The notes below the pieces were generated by a model that saw nothing but the letters and a program-made list of their open reading frames with translations, did not search any database and was not told where the DNA came from. 64,000 bases of DNA from a virus: the IMG/VR virus record IMGVR_UViG_3300005573_001011, positions 32,001 to 96,000 of that record. One strand, written 5' to 3'. Each line of letters begins with the position of its first letter. Position 1 is the first letter of the stretch. Both the position numbers and the translations under genes were made by a program. Shown here one piece after another: positions 1-10,034 of the stretch.

Positions 1-2
1 TG

Positions 3-1295
3 CTTGAGCAAGGAAAAAATCCAGAGAATGTAATAGATAGTATTGTTGTCAGTGGCAAGAATAAGCAATTGCTGGACTTCCTCTACACAAAGCATACAGA
101 GGAACTTGGCGACTCAGCATTACTAGACAACATAAATCAGGTTAGGTTAAGAAGGAAGTTAATATTTTTGCTGTCAAACTTCGACAAGTTAAACGATCTC
201 GTAACGAGCATAAAAGATAGCTCGTTCGACTCATTAGATGAAGTTATCCAAGACTACGAAGAAGTAGTTAGATCTCTGTACTCAAACTTGATGGAGCAAA
301 GTCGTATCGTTTCTATAGAAGCTTCGTCATCTTTAGACTTAGGAAAAGACGACTACTCAGATGTTGTGGCTCTTATAAAGAAGAAGTACGAAACTGTTAA
401 CGTAACACCGACTGGTTTTAGTGTTCTTGATGGCGAAGTATTTAACGGTGGTTTCGAACCATCTAGACTCTATGTCTTCGCTGGAGGTACTGGATCTGGC
501 AAGTCGACTTTGCTAAATAACTTTATTATTAATTCCGCAACTTCAGACAAAGTTTTTCTAAAAAGTCCGAAAAGAGTTTATGTCTACGTCACGCTGGAAA
601 ATACAATAGAAGAAGCTCTGCTAAGAACTTACCAGTGCTTGTTTGACAAAACTCTTGTGGAAGTGCTACAAAGCCTTAGCAGCAAAGACCCAAGACAGGG
701 TGCTGCCGAGATTAGGGATAATATTGTAAATCACTTGAACAAGACTAATAGTACTATAGTTATGAAGTACTTCCCGCCGATGACAGTCAGTGTAGTTGAT
801 CTAATGATGGCTCTCGACGATGTAGTAATCGACTACGGAAAAGACTCGATTGCTGGTCTTTTTGTCGACTACTTAGACTTATTACGAACGAACGTCAAGT
901 TTGACATGTACAGGCTAGAACTGGGTTATATAACTCTGGCTTTAAAAGCGTTGGCTGTTAGCTACAATATTCCAGTTATAACTGCCACACAACTTAATAG
1001 AGACGTTTATAGAGTAAACGATGCTAGGTCCTTATTCTTAGACCACGTGTCTGAGTCGATAAAGAAGGTAGAACACGCGGATTGCGTTTGTCTCTTAAAT
1101 AAAGATCCATCTGACGACAAACTTATCCATATGAAAGTTGGTAAAAACAGAAGCGGCAGGTCGAACGTAGCTTTAGAGTTTAGAGTAGACTTTTCTAGAT
1201 TTAAGTTTCTAAATGGATACAAGTTAGAGAGGAGAGCTGATAAAGATGAAGTTGTGGCTACATTTACAGGTTTTAGAGAGATTTCGTCTTTCTAG
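3..1295 (+). CDS. DnaB/T4 gp41-like replicative helicase (5'-partial)
   Basis: Walker A GGTGSGKS, TLEN, VDYLDLL, TATQLNR and KNRSG SF4 motifs. The frame is open back to the window start. Confidence 0.9.
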   Translation, partial: LEQGKNPENVIDSIVVSGKNKQLLDFLYTKHTEELGDSALLDNINQVRLRRKLIFLLSNFDKLNDLVTSIKDSSFDSLDEVIQDYEEVVRSLYSNLMEQSRIVSIEASSSLDLGKDDYSDVVALIKKKYETVNVTPTGFSVLDGEVFNGGFEPSRLYVFAGGTGSGKSTLLNNFIINSATSDKVFLKSPKRVYVYVTLENTIEEALLRTYQCLFDKTLVEVLQSLSSKDPRQGAAEIRDNIVNHLNKTNSTIVMKYFPPMTVSVVDLMMALDDVVIDYGKDSIAGLFVDYLDLLRTNVKFDMYRLELGYITLALKALAVSYNIPVITATQLNRDVYRVNDARSLFLDHVSESIKKVEHADCVCLLNKDPSDDKLIHMKVGKNRSGRSNVALEFRVDFSRFKFLNGYKLERRADKDEVVATFTGFREISSF

Positions 1296-1334
1296 ATCAG
1301 ATCTGTTTTTTGCCTTCGAGAGTAGTTTAGCAAA

Positions 1335-1341
1335 GAACAAA
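1335..1341 (+). promoter_or_regulatory. GAACAAA putative late promoter motif
   Basis: Intergenic, about 60 nt upstream of ATG 1399. The motif recurs upstream of at least 11 other genes. Confidence 0.6.
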
Positions 1342-1398
1342 TAATAAACTCGAAAGAGCAGATCTCGCTTTTTTTCGTAAAAGTAGGAGGATAAAAAC

Positions 1399-2424
1399 AT
1401 GAAAAAAGTGTCTTATATTGACTTGCTAAAAGAAGCTATTGCGGAATATGATGCGAAGAGTTTAGATTATCGTGGTCCAATGATCGACTCTATCCTCACT
1501 TTCGATGGTAGTACCGAACTGAAAACTAACGAACCCTCAGACATAGCTTCTGTTCTCGAGAGATATTACTTTAGAGAAGAAAGTGAAGAAGGAGTTCCTG
1601 TTCCTGAAGAAGAGAAGAACGAAATCAAGACGGGAGAAGAGCCTGAAGATGTGGAAGCTACTAAGAAAGACATCGAAAAAGAGTTGACAGAAGACGAGCT
1701 TCCTGGAGCAGAAAAGCAGATAAGCGGTGGAACTGGAGCACAGGCTGGTGTTGAAGTGGGGGAAGACGAAGAGGAGGCAAAACCAGCTGATGTAGCTGGC
1801 GCTGTGGCAGAAGAAGCTGTCCTCGAGCGTCTTATAGCTGAAATGGAAGAAGAAGAAGAGAAAGAGAAAGAAAAGGAAGAAGAGAAAGAAAAGGAAGAGG
1901 AAGAAGAAGAAGGAGAAGAGAAAGAAGAAAAGAAAAAGAAAACTTCTGAGTCTAAACTTGGCCCACTGAAAACTCCGCGCGACGAAGAGTTAGAAGAAGC
2001 TTTCGAAATCTTCAAAGAACAGATTGAAGTTGAAGAGCCTGAAAAAGAAGAAGAGGAAGAAGAAGAGTTAGACGTAGATAAAGAAGTTGAGGCACCTGAA
2101 GAGGAAGAAGAGCCTGAGGAAGAAGAAGTAGAAGAGGATGAGGAACCTGAGGAAGAAGTAGAAGAGGATGAGGAACCTGAAGAGGAAGAAGAGCCTGAGG
2201 AAGAAGAGGAAGAAGAGAAGGAAGAAGAAGAAGTAGAAGAGGATGAGGAACCTGAGGAAGAAGTAGAAGAGGATGAGGAACCTGAAGAGGAAGAAGAGCC
2301 TGAGGAAGAAGAGGAAGAAGAGAAGGAAGAAGAAGTAGAAGAGGATGAGGAACCTGAAGAAGAGGAAGAAGAAGAGGAAGAAGAAGAGGAAGAAGAGCCT
2401 GAGGAAGAGGAAGAGGAAGAATAA
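1399..2424 (+). CDS. Highly acidic Glu-rich protein, putative prohead scaffold/core
   Basis: AGGAGG RBS, poly-Glu C-terminal half, position next to the head genes. Confidence 0.6.
   Translation: MKKVSYIDLLKEAIAEYDAKSLDYRGPMIDSILTFDGSTELKTNEPSDIASVLERYYFREESEEGVPVPEEEKNEIKTGEEPEDVEATKKDIEKELTEDELPGAEKQISGGTGAQAGVEVGEDEEEAKPADVAGAVAEEAVLERLIAEMEEEEEKEKEKEEEKEKEEEEEEGEEKEEKKKKTSESKLGPLKTPRDEELEEAFEIFKEQIEVEEPEKEEEEEEELDVDKEVEAPEEEEEPEEEEVEEDEEPEEEVEEDEEPEEEEEPEEEEEEEKEEEEVEEDEEPEEEVEEDEEPEEEEEPEEEEEEEKEEEVEEDEEPEEEEEEEEEEEEEEPEEEEEEE
2095..2421 (+). repeat. Tandem repeats encoding EEEVEEDEEP/EEEEEP
   Basis: gaagaagtagaagaggatgaggaacctga occurs 5 times within GAA/GAG runs. Confidence 0.9.
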
Positions 2425-2461
2425 CCTCTCAAGGTAGCTTCTTAGCAAAAAAAAGAGTTTC

Positions 2462-2500
2462 AAGTGGATTTCTGGTTTCTCAGGAATCCACTTTTTTTTT
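2462..2500 (+). terminator. Rho-independent terminator
   Basis: gtggatttctg...caggaatccac stem followed by T9. Confidence 0.8.
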
Positions 2501-2510
2501 CGAATCTTGT

Positions 2511-3089
2511 ATGAGCAACGATTTTGAGACGAAGTTCAAGATTAGAGTTACAAATGGCGGAACTATCTTCTTCAAGAACAAGCTTGTTCGTACTCCCTTC
2601 GAAGCAACAGTTTCTACTTCTGACTTAAACTCTCTTAAAGCTTTAGCGAGAGTAGAAATACAACACACGGAAGTTTACCAAGCGAAAGTGCTGAAAGACG
2701 AAGATAGAGAGCCTAGTTTAATTATAGTACAGCCGAAAAAAGTTTTACATCGACCGCGAAAACGAGTGGATGTCAGATCTGGCAACGTTTTCAGAAAAGA
2801 ATCTTTCCATCTCACAGCAAAACAGAACAAAGAAGCACTAGCTGCTTTAAGAGCTCCCTTGAGGATAGTCGAGGAAAGCCAACCACTTGAAAACATTAGA
2901 GTTGAAGAACAGTTAAAGAACGTAGAAAGCAAGTACGAGGGTAATACACAAGAAAGAAGTCTAAAAGAACAAGCAAAGAATATAGAGAGTAAGCATAATT
3001 TACAAGAGAAAACTTTAGAAGTGAAAATAGAAGAGTTAGAAGAAATGTACAATCGTCTTGAAGAATTCTCTGGGAAGGAGATCTTATAG
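2511..3089 (+). CDS. Hypothetical protein
   Basis: 192-aa ORF whose stop overlaps the next start. Confidence 0.65.
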   Translation: MSNDFETKFKIRVTNGGTIFFKNKLVRTPFEATVSTSDLNSLKALARVEIQHTEVYQAKVLKDEDREPSLIIVQPKKVLHRPRKRVDVRSGNVFRKESFHLTAKQNKEALAALRAPLRIVEESQPLENIRVEEQLKNVESKYEGNTQERSLKEQAKNIESKHNLQEKTLEVKIEELEEMYNRLEEFSGKEIL

Positions 3090-3325
3090 TGAGAAAGATA
3101 ACGATTGCACAAGAAAACGGTTTAATCGAGATAGCAGACGAAGATAATACATCGTTAGAAGAGTGCATAAAAGAGTTGTCTAAGATCTTTTCTGCCCAGA
3201 ATGTGGTTCTATTAGAGTCAAGCGAAACCAGTGTGCTCCTAAGACCGTCAAAGGTTCTATGGATTAGCATCAAGAATGTAAAACCGAAACAAGAAGAAGA
3301 CATTGTTACAGATGAGGAAATTTAG
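3089..3325 (+). CDS. Hypothetical protein
   Basis: GTG start with GGAG RBS, operon packing. Confidence 0.7.
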   Translation: MRKITIAQENGLIEIADEDNTSLEECIKELSKIFSAQNVVLLESSETSVLLRPSKVLWISIKNVKPKQEEDIVTDEEI

Positions 3326-3327
3326 AA

Positions 3328-3786
3328 ATGCTTGAAGTATATATAGTAACTAGTTTTTCTGTTCTCGCTGCGTTAGCAGCTTTTCTAGTGAAGAGTGCTA
3401 TTTCTCAAAAAAGGCAACTAGAGATGGTTAAGAACTTTGATTCTTATGCTACTTTGCTAGAATACTACATGTCAAAAGCGTACGAGATTATCTATAAGGA
3501 AAGAATTCTCGTCTACTCACTCGAAGGAATGAAGATAGATGAGCAGACTTTCTCAGTGTGTTGTACGGATTTCGCTAACTTAGTGTTAAAGCTTATTGGT
3601 CCAAAGTTAACTAATGAACTTTCTTCGTTTTACGGAGATAGAAGTACTCTTTTCTTTAATATTTTGCAGTACTTTCAGTCTCGAATAGAAGATGATGCAG
3701 TTAGAGAGAAGATTAAAGAGCAGATTATGTCTTCCGAATTAGAAGTTGATTCACAATCTCAGCAGAGTGGAGCAGCAAAACAATGA
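3328..3786 (+). CDS. Hypothetical protein with N-terminal membrane anchor
   Basis: Hydrophobic N-terminus VYIVTSFSVLAALAAFLV. Confidence 0.7.
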   Translation: MLEVYIVTSFSVLAALAAFLVKSAISQKRQLEMVKNFDSYATLLEYYMSKAYEIIYKERILVYSLEGMKIDEQTFSVCCTDFANLVLKLIGPKLTNELSSFYGDRSTLFFNILQYFQSRIEDDAVREKIKEQIMSSELEVDSQSQQSGAAKQ

Positions 3787-4682
3787 GTGACCTTCTTTCG
3801 GATTACCTTTCTTACTTAAATGAGCAGGGTGTAGCTGGGCGGTTAGCTCGAGCTACTGCTACTTATGCTCGAGGAGCAGCCAGAAGAACAGCTGCATATT
3901 TCTCGCCTCGAACTGTGGGTAAAGAACTAGCGCCCAAAGCTGTGGCTACTACTGCTAAAGCCGCAGCAAAAGCAAGTATCAGTTGGTATCTGGCTCTCGT
4001 TCCAGGTGCATGGACAGCGTGGAGACTTGCTCAAGCGATGTTTAGTCAAGCTGCTAGAAAGTGCGGTGTTTTCTCAGCGGGACCAGGGAGAAAGCTGTGC
4101 ATTTTGAGAGAGAAAATTCGTGCTTTAGAACAGCAAATAAGATTGCTAAAAGCGGCTAGAACTCAGTGTTCTTCTAAAGCAGCTAATCCAGAGGTGTGTA
4201 GAAGTCAGCTTGATGCTAAAATACAAGAACTTGAGTCTAAATTACTAAGTTTGCAGATGCAAAAACAGTCTACTGAAGCTTTACCAGAGTCGACAACAGT
4301 TGTTGACGAAGGTATTGCAGCACTAGGTCTCTTTGTACTTTTCGGACTAGTTGTAGACAAAATTCTATTTCTTGCATGGAGAACTTTACGAGCAGCGTTC
4401 GACAAAGACTTGAGAAGATGCGGTATTTACAAAGACACAGACGAACATAAGTTATGCGTTTACACAGCGAGACTAAAGTTCTTAAGGAGTAAAGCTTCTT
4501 TCTTTATGAGATTAATGAGAGAATGTCCAAAGCAGAAAGATCCAGATAAATGCAGGGAGAAATTAAGGAAGAAGATACAAGAGTTGCAACCACAAATCCA
4601 GCGTCAACTTGATAATATCTCTGTCGTAAAGAGACAGATACAAGATAAAAAAGCAGCAGAAGCTATAACGGGAGGAGCTTAA
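3783..4682 (+). CDS. Putative internal head protein with two 4-Cys helical repeats
   Basis: Two copies of a hydrophobic segment plus a helical unit with four conserved Cys. N-terminus LSDYLSYLNEQ. Confidence 0.6.
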   Translation: MSDLLSDYLSYLNEQGVAGRLARATATYARGAARRTAAYFSPRTVGKELAPKAVATTAKAAAKASISWYLALVPGAWTAWRLAQAMFSQAARKCGVFSAGPGRKLCILREKIRALEQQIRLLKAARTQCSSKAANPEVCRSQLDAKIQELESKLLSLQMQKQSTEALPESTTVVDEGIAALGLFVLFGLVVDKILFLAWRTLRAAFDKDLRRCGIYKDTDEHKLCVYTARLKFLRSKASFFMRLMRECPKQKDPDKCREKLRKKIQELQPQIQRQLDNISVVKRQIQDKKAAEAITGGA

Positions 4683-4685
4683 AAA

Positions 4686-5276
4686 ATGAGATATGAGAGG
4701 CTTATTGAATTGTATCTAAAAGACCTCAAGCAAACCTATTTAAGAGAGCAAGGCGAACTGCAGAAGTTGCTATTCTTAAGGAACATGAGAAAAGTTATTA
4801 CATATATTCTTGCTTCAAGTGAAGACAGAGCAGTACTCTTAGAGAAGCATCCAGAGTTAAGCAAAATAATTAAAAGTTCATTGTTTAAGAGAATACGTGA
4901 CGAAGTAAGAGCTAAGGCTCTTACTACAGAACATGGTGTTAGAGACATTATCTTGAAACATTTGCAGAAAACGAAACAGTTTGCCATTGCGAAAAAGGGG
5001 TCACTAATTGTTGCTAGCGGAGCGATAGCAGCTGCGATTGCTATTTACAAAAAGTATTTCTCAGCCGTAGCTAGAGCATGTAGAGGAAAAACAGGGGCAG
5101 AGAAGGTAGAATGTCTAAAACAGTTTAGAATTAACGCTCTAAGAGCTAAACTATCTTATCTGAATGCATCACTTTCAAAGTGCTCTCAATCTGACGACCC
5201 AATGACGTGCAGAAAGAAAATTCAAGACTATATGGAAGGAGTGCAGAAGCAGATCAGAAAGTTAGAATCTAAGTGA
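4686..5276 (+). CDS. Paralogous 4-Cys helical-domain protein (putative internal head protein)
   Basis: ARACRGKTGAEKVEC...SKCSQSDDPMTC matches 3783 and 58940. Confidence 0.6.
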   Translation: MRYERLIELYLKDLKQTYLREQGELQKLLFLRNMRKVITYILASSEDRAVLLEKHPELSKIIKSSLFKRIRDEVRAKALTTEHGVRDIILKHLQKTKQFAIAKKGSLIVASGAIAAAIAIYKKYFSAVARACRGKTGAEKVECLKQFRINALRAKLSYLNASLSKCSQSDDPMTCRKKIQDYMEGVQKQIRKLESK

Positions 5277-5291
5277 GAGGGAGACTATTAA

Positions 5292-7187
5292 ATGCCACTG
5301 AAAGACATATTCTCTAAGCTTAAAACGTCGATTGTTGGAACGAAGACGAAAGACATAGACACGAAACTTGATAAAGCAATTAAAGATATTTCTGCGTACA
5401 GATCGCAAGCTAGTAGGAACGGATACATTGAGTTAGTAAGGTCTCTAATCGCTAAGACGAGTCAAGTTGATTTGCAACCTAGCTTCTTTGCTACAAGTAG
5501 TTCTCCAGCTGCTCTAGGGCAAGGCGGTAGATTAATGAGATATAAGAGTTATGAAGCTATCGTTGGTAACATAAATTATTGTCACAGAGCTCTAAATGTA
5601 CTTGCAGACAACATTCTTTCCCCAGACGATATTACTAAAACTTCTTTAGAAGTTAAGAGTAAGAAAGTTACACAAGACGACGTTCAAGCTGAAGCTAAAG
5701 TAAGTAGAGTACGAGACGTCATACGAGCTCTTAAACTAGAGGAACGCCTTGATATTATTGTAAAAAATACTTTAAAGTTTGGGGACTTTTTCTGTGAGAT
5801 AGCAGACACTAAGACAGCTCTTACTAGTAAGTCTTTACTAATGGAACACTATCGAGGCTACAGAGAATCTTTCGAAACTGGAACTAGAGAAAAGCTTAAT
5901 GTAGAAGTGAGCTTAAACAGTAAGGAAAAGCAACAAGTTAAGATTATATTAGACTACTCTTCGGATACAGATACAGAGGAAAAGAAAGTAGATATGAAAG
6001 ATCTCCATCTACTGTTCTACGAACCAAGGAGAGTCGTGAAATTACAAAGCGACATGTTTCCTTTATGCTTTGGATATCTCGTTTTTCCAGAAGCTGTAAT
6101 ATCTCCGCATTTAGCTATACAGAACCAAGTCGTAAACTCTATTTGCCAGTCTATTTTGAAGAGTCTAGAGAAAAAGATACCTCAAATTGAAGATGACATC
6201 TTTAACGACAAAGAACTTAGAGATATTATTTCTGCAGTAATAGCTGAGTCAGACTTTTCAAGAGCACTTTCGATCAGATTCGTTCCACCGCATAAAATGG
6301 TCCACTTTATGGTTCCATCTACTAAGTATTATCCATACGGGGAGTCAATTTTCGATGCAACCCAGTTTACTTCGAAAGTTCTTATAGCTCTTGAAACTGC
6401 ACTAACAATCCATAGGATAAACAGGTCTACAGAAAAGAGAAAGATTACGGTAGAAGTTGGTCTGCCAAGAGACGCAAAAACTGCTATCGAAAAACTGAAA
6501 GAAGAATTCAGAAAGAGAAAAGTTAGTATAGATTCTTTTGGAACTGTTGATACTATTCCTTCTACTATAACTACGTTCGAAGACGTTTACATACCGCAAA
6601 AAGACGGCAAACCATATGTAGACATTGCTACTTTTAACGAAGGTATGGTTGACGTAAGAAGCAAAGTCGATGAGCTGCGATTTATGCGTGACTCTATAGT
6701 GGCTTCTTTAGGTGTTCCTCCTGCGTTTCTTGGGTTGGAAGAGAACCTATCGAATAAGGCCGCTCTGGCTGAAGAAAATATTCTATTTGCCAGAACTATC
6801 GTCAATCACCAGAAGTACTTGGGCGCTCAGATTACTGAGTTACTTCGTAAGACTTTTGATTTAATCGATCCTGATAATTCTTCTACTATCTTCGAAGAAG
6901 TAGATGTCGCGTTTTCTATTCCACGTTCTTTGCAGTTTGAAAGAGAGAGTAAATATATGTCCGATTTGTCTAATCTGGTGCAGACACTCTCCACACTTGG
7001 TATTCCGACGGACTGGGCCAAGAAAAAGTACTTACCTAATATTGACTGGGCAGAGGTAAAGAAAGCTGAGATAGACTCGAAAATTGATCAGACATTGGGA
7101 ACTGAGCCACCTGAAGGAATGGGTGGTGGCGGAGGGATGGGCGGTCTAGGTGGTGCTTTACCTCCAACTGGTCCTGGACTAGTGTAA
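5292..7187 (+). CDS. Portal protein, T4 gp20-like
   Basis: YGESIF, 'ETALTIHRINRSTEKRKITVEVG', 'EDVYIPQKDG', 'LGVPPAFL' motifs; head-module context. Confidence 0.85.
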   Translation: MPLKDIFSKLKTSIVGTKTKDIDTKLDKAIKDISAYRSQASRNGYIELVRSLIAKTSQVDLQPSFFATSSSPAALGQGGRLMRYKSYEAIVGNINYCHRALNVLADNILSPDDITKTSLEVKSKKVTQDDVQAEAKVSRVRDVIRALKLEERLDIIVKNTLKFGDFFCEIADTKTALTSKSLLMEHYRGYRESFETGTREKLNVEVSLNSKEKQQVKIILDYSSDTDTEEKKVDMKDLHLLFYEPRRVVKLQSDMFPLCFGYLVFPEAVISPHLAIQNQVVNSICQSILKSLEKKIPQIEDDIFNDKELRDIISAVIAESDFSRALSIRFVPPHKMVHFMVPSTKYYPYGESIFDATQFTSKVLIALETALTIHRINRSTEKRKITVEVGLPRDAKTAIEKLKEEFRKRKVSIDSFGTVDTIPSTITTFEDVYIPQKDGKPYVDIATFNEGMVDVRSKVDELRFMRDSIVASLGVPPAFLGLEENLSNKAALAEENILFARTIVNHQKYLGAQITELLRKTFDLIDPDNSSTIFEEVDVAFSIPRSLQFERESKYMSDLSNLVQTLSTLGIPTDWAKKKYLPNIDWAEVKKAEIDSKIDQTLGTEPPEGMGGGGGMGGLGGALPPTGPGLV

Positions 7188-7828
7188 TGGTGCTCCTAAA
7201 TAAAGAATACGTCTCTAAAAAAATAAAAGAGCTTGGGTACTGGTATCAAACTATCGATATAAACGGAATAAAAACCACTACTCTAACATCTAGTGACGAA
7301 AATGTTTGGGGTCGAATTAGAACTTTTTTACCGAGCTCTTTGGAAGGAAAGCGAATACTAGATCTAGGATGTAATGCGGGACTGTATTCTATTAAATGTG
7401 CAGAGCTTGGAGCTGAGGTTATTGGCATAGAGGCATCGCCAAGGCACTATAGACAGGCTCTATTTGTCAAAGAATGTTTTGAGTCGTTATGGAACAAGCC
7501 GTTGAAAATAACGTATATTAATTCTGACATTTGTAAAGTCGATTTTTCGAAACTTGGAAAGTTCGATTACGTTTTAGCAATAGCTGTTTTATACCACATT
7601 GGTGTTTACAAAGGTTCTCCGCCAACGGAACGTTCTTATCAAGAACAGATAAGAGTTATTACAGAATTGTCTAAAATTACTAGTTATTTTATTTGTAGGT
7701 TTAAGTCTGCAAAACCGAAGTTTACGAAAGAATATTTCGACCCAATTTTTTCAAGAGTTGGCTTCTTCCAGAAGTCTTTTATAAATGAAGGGAAGAGGCA
7801 GTTAGTTCTTTATGGAAGAGGTAATTAA
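7187..7828 (+). CDS. Class I SAM-dependent methyltransferase
   Basis: ILDLGCNAG motif I and VLYH. Paralog of 55052..55675. Confidence 0.85.
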   Translation: MVLLNKEYVSKKIKELGYWYQTIDINGIKTTTLTSSDENVWGRIRTFLPSSLEGKRILDLGCNAGLYSIKCAELGAEVIGIEASPRHYRQALFVKECFESLWNKPLKITYINSDICKVDFSKLGKFDYVLAIAVLYHIGVYKGSPPTERSYQEQIRVITELSKITSYFICRFKSAKPKFTKEYFDPIFSRVGFFQKSFINEGKRQLVLYGRGN

Positions 7829-8417
7829 AAAGATCTTAGGAAAGAATGTTCTGAGTTTTAGAAAACTCCCTAGTAAGTCTAAGTTACTTTATTGCGTATC
7901 TCTTCCAGATAAAACTTTTAGGTTAGATTTACTGAACCCAAATCATTCTGAGTGGTATTTGAAGATAACTAACATCCAAAATTTTGCGAATGAGAATGGA
8001 ATTGAAGTTCCAAAAGTTCTTGAAACTGGGTTCGAAGGAAATTATTTTTATCGAGTTAGCGAGTGGATTTCAGGAGACATTGTATTTAATGTCCAGGAAT
8101 CTGACGAAGTAATCCTAAAATGTGGCGACGTTTTAGGAAGAATGAATAAAGTAAAAAATAGAGACAACTTGTTTGTAACGAACTCTGACTTTACAGGAAG
8201 AAACTTAGTTTGGACAAAAGATAAGAAAGTTTTTGCAGTTGACACGGACGCTATGAAGCTTGTTCCTGAGAAGAGTCTTGACATTACTGTTGTCAAATCT
8301 TTACTTACTTGGAAAATTAGTAAGAGACAGATTTTCCTATTTTTGTCTTCTTACTCTAAACATAGAGATGCTTCAAATATCTTAAAGATCGTAGAAGAAC
8401 GCAAGTGGAGATGGTAG
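7812..8417 (+). CDS. APH/choline-kinase-like phosphotransferase
   Basis: VPKV, SEWISG, NSDFTGRNL and AVD motifs. Confidence 0.7.
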   Translation: MEEVIKKILGKNVLSFRKLPSKSKLLYCVSLPDKTFRLDLLNPNHSEWYLKITNIQNFANENGIEVPKVLETGFEGNYFYRVSEWISGDIVFNVQESDEVILKCGDVLGRMNKVKNRDNLFVTNSDFTGRNLVWTKDKKVFAVDTDAMKLVPEKSLDITVVKSLLTWKISKRQIFLFLSSYSKHRDASNILKIVEERKWRW

Positions 8418-8550
8418 TGGTATGAGAATCTTAAAAAAAAGAGCCGAGAGGCGTTTTAGAACAAATACTTAGGATAGACAAGACTGTACCATCGTCTAAG
8501 TTGCGGTAATCTCAAGTTTTTCTTTACTAAATGAGGTAGCAAACTAAAAA

Positions 8551-9270
8551 ATGTTTATGGAAAAGAGCTTGTCACAAAAGTTAAGTGAGTACTACGGGCA
8601 TAGCAAGCTTGTAGGAAGGATCGGCGAACCCTGGGAAGACGTTCCCTTCACTTATACTGGCGACACTGATTTCGTTACTCATTTTCCTATAATTCTGCCA
8701 AGTGGCCCGGATTTCGGTGGGACTTTATCTACTACTGATGTTGTTAGTACGAAAGTAGATAAAATAGACGAAGAAGTAGCAGAACAGGAAGAAGCAGGAG
8801 AAGAGGGTGAGACAGGTGATGTTTCGGGTGGGGCAGAGCCAGACGTATCTATGCTTAAAACTTACGGTCCTGGCAGCAACCTTCCAATTCCGGCACTTGA
8901 AGAACCAATGTCGGCTAAAATTGTCGGGAGAATCTTTGAGTTAAAAAAGATCTACTCAAGACTGCTTGCTATAGAGTCACAACTAACTGGAACTACTGAA
9001 AAGTTGCTTATGAGGCTAAAAGAATACATATCTAGAGCAATCGAGCTATTTGAGACTCTAGTTTCTAATATAAACTACTTCAAAGACCAAGTCGATGATA
9101 TTATTGTTGTTTTCTACGAGTTTTTAGATGCTGTTTATGCAGTTCTTAGAAAATACTACAAGAAGAAGATGAAGAAAGAAAAAATAGCTGCTACAAAGAA
9201 GATAGAAGATATACCGATCACTCGGGGAGGCGAGATACAGAGAGGTTTTGTTAAGGTAAAGGAGGCCTAA
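8551..9270 (+). CDS. Hypothetical head-module protein
   Basis: GAACAAA at 8459 upstream; acidic middle region and helical C-terminus. Confidence 0.65.
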   Translation: MFMEKSLSQKLSEYYGHSKLVGRIGEPWEDVPFTYTGDTDFVTHFPIILPSGPDFGGTLSTTDVVSTKVDKIDEEVAEQEEAGEEGETGDVSGGAEPDVSMLKTYGPGSNLPIPALEEPMSAKIVGRIFELKKIYSRLLAIESQLTGTTEKLLMRLKEYISRAIELFETLVSNINYFKDQVDDIIVVFYEFLDAVYAVLRKYYKKKMKKEKIAATKKIEDIPITRGGEIQRGFVKVKEA

Positions 9271-9276
9271 AAACAG

Positions 9277-9942
9277 ATGCCTAAGTTCGTAATTGAGGGT
9301 GCTATTCTACAGGAAGCAGAAGTTGTAAAGAAAAAATACGACAAAGCTATATTTAGAATGGTCTTGCAAACTGCGGACGAAGTAAACCAAAATAAAAGAA
9401 TGTATCCCAAAGCCGTCCTCCAAGAAGCTATGCAAAAATGCGAAGAAAGGATTTCTCGAAGAGCAATGATTGGTGAACTTGACCATCCAGTTCCTAGTGG
9501 GAATGAAGATTTCGATAGTATTAGACAGACTACTGTCCTTCTAAAAGAAGCTTCTCACTTACTAAGAGCTTACGAGTGGAGAAACAATTTGCTAGTTGGG
9601 GAACTCGAAACTACTAATACACCAAATGGCAAGATTCTTCTTGGTTTATTGACGGACAGGTCCGGAATTGGTCTTTCTATGAGGGGTATGGCAGAGCTGC
9701 AGAGAAAGAACGATATAAGCATTGTGACTTCACCATTACTAATAATTACGTACGACGCAGTATCTTTGCCATCTCATAAGTCTGCTGTTGTCGACTTTAA
9801 CGAGTGCAAGTTTGAAGCTAGCATGATAACAGAAAGCGAGTGCGGAACTATATGTACGCCAGATGGTGTCTGCTATCTAGCTTCTTATTTTGACATGCTT
9901 GTAGAACGCAAGATGGTCCAGTTTTTTGACAGATGGGTGTAA
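9277..9942 (+). CDS. Prohead core protease, T4 gp21-like
   Basis: NQNKRMYP, GELDHP, GLSMRG and YDAVSLPS motifs. Confidence 0.9.
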   Translation: MPKFVIEGAILQEAEVVKKKYDKAIFRMVLQTADEVNQNKRMYPKAVLQEAMQKCEERISRRAMIGELDHPVPSGNEDFDSIRQTTVLLKEASHLLRAYEWRNNLLVGELETTNTPNGKILLGLLTDRSGIGLSMRGMAELQRKNDISIVTSPLLIITYDAVSLPSHKSAVVDFNECKFEASMITESECGTICTPDGVCYLASYFDMLVERKMVQFFDRWV

Positions 9943-9982
9943 GAGCAAGTCTGAGTTAGCAGATGCAGTCAGACAATAATAC

Positions 9983-10020
9983 AGATCCAGTCTATTTTTC
10001 CTTAGACTGGATCTTTTTTT
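9983..10020 (+). terminator. Rho-independent terminator
   Basis: 12-bp stem agatccagtcta/tagactggatct followed by a T-run. Confidence 0.8.
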
Positions 10021-10034
10021 GGTGAGGGTGAAGT

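Noticed and set aside
1566-2463. Long Ser-rich and Phe/Leu-rich minus-strand ORFs
   Set aside because: Antisense shadows of the Glu-rich GAA repeat gene; no RBS.
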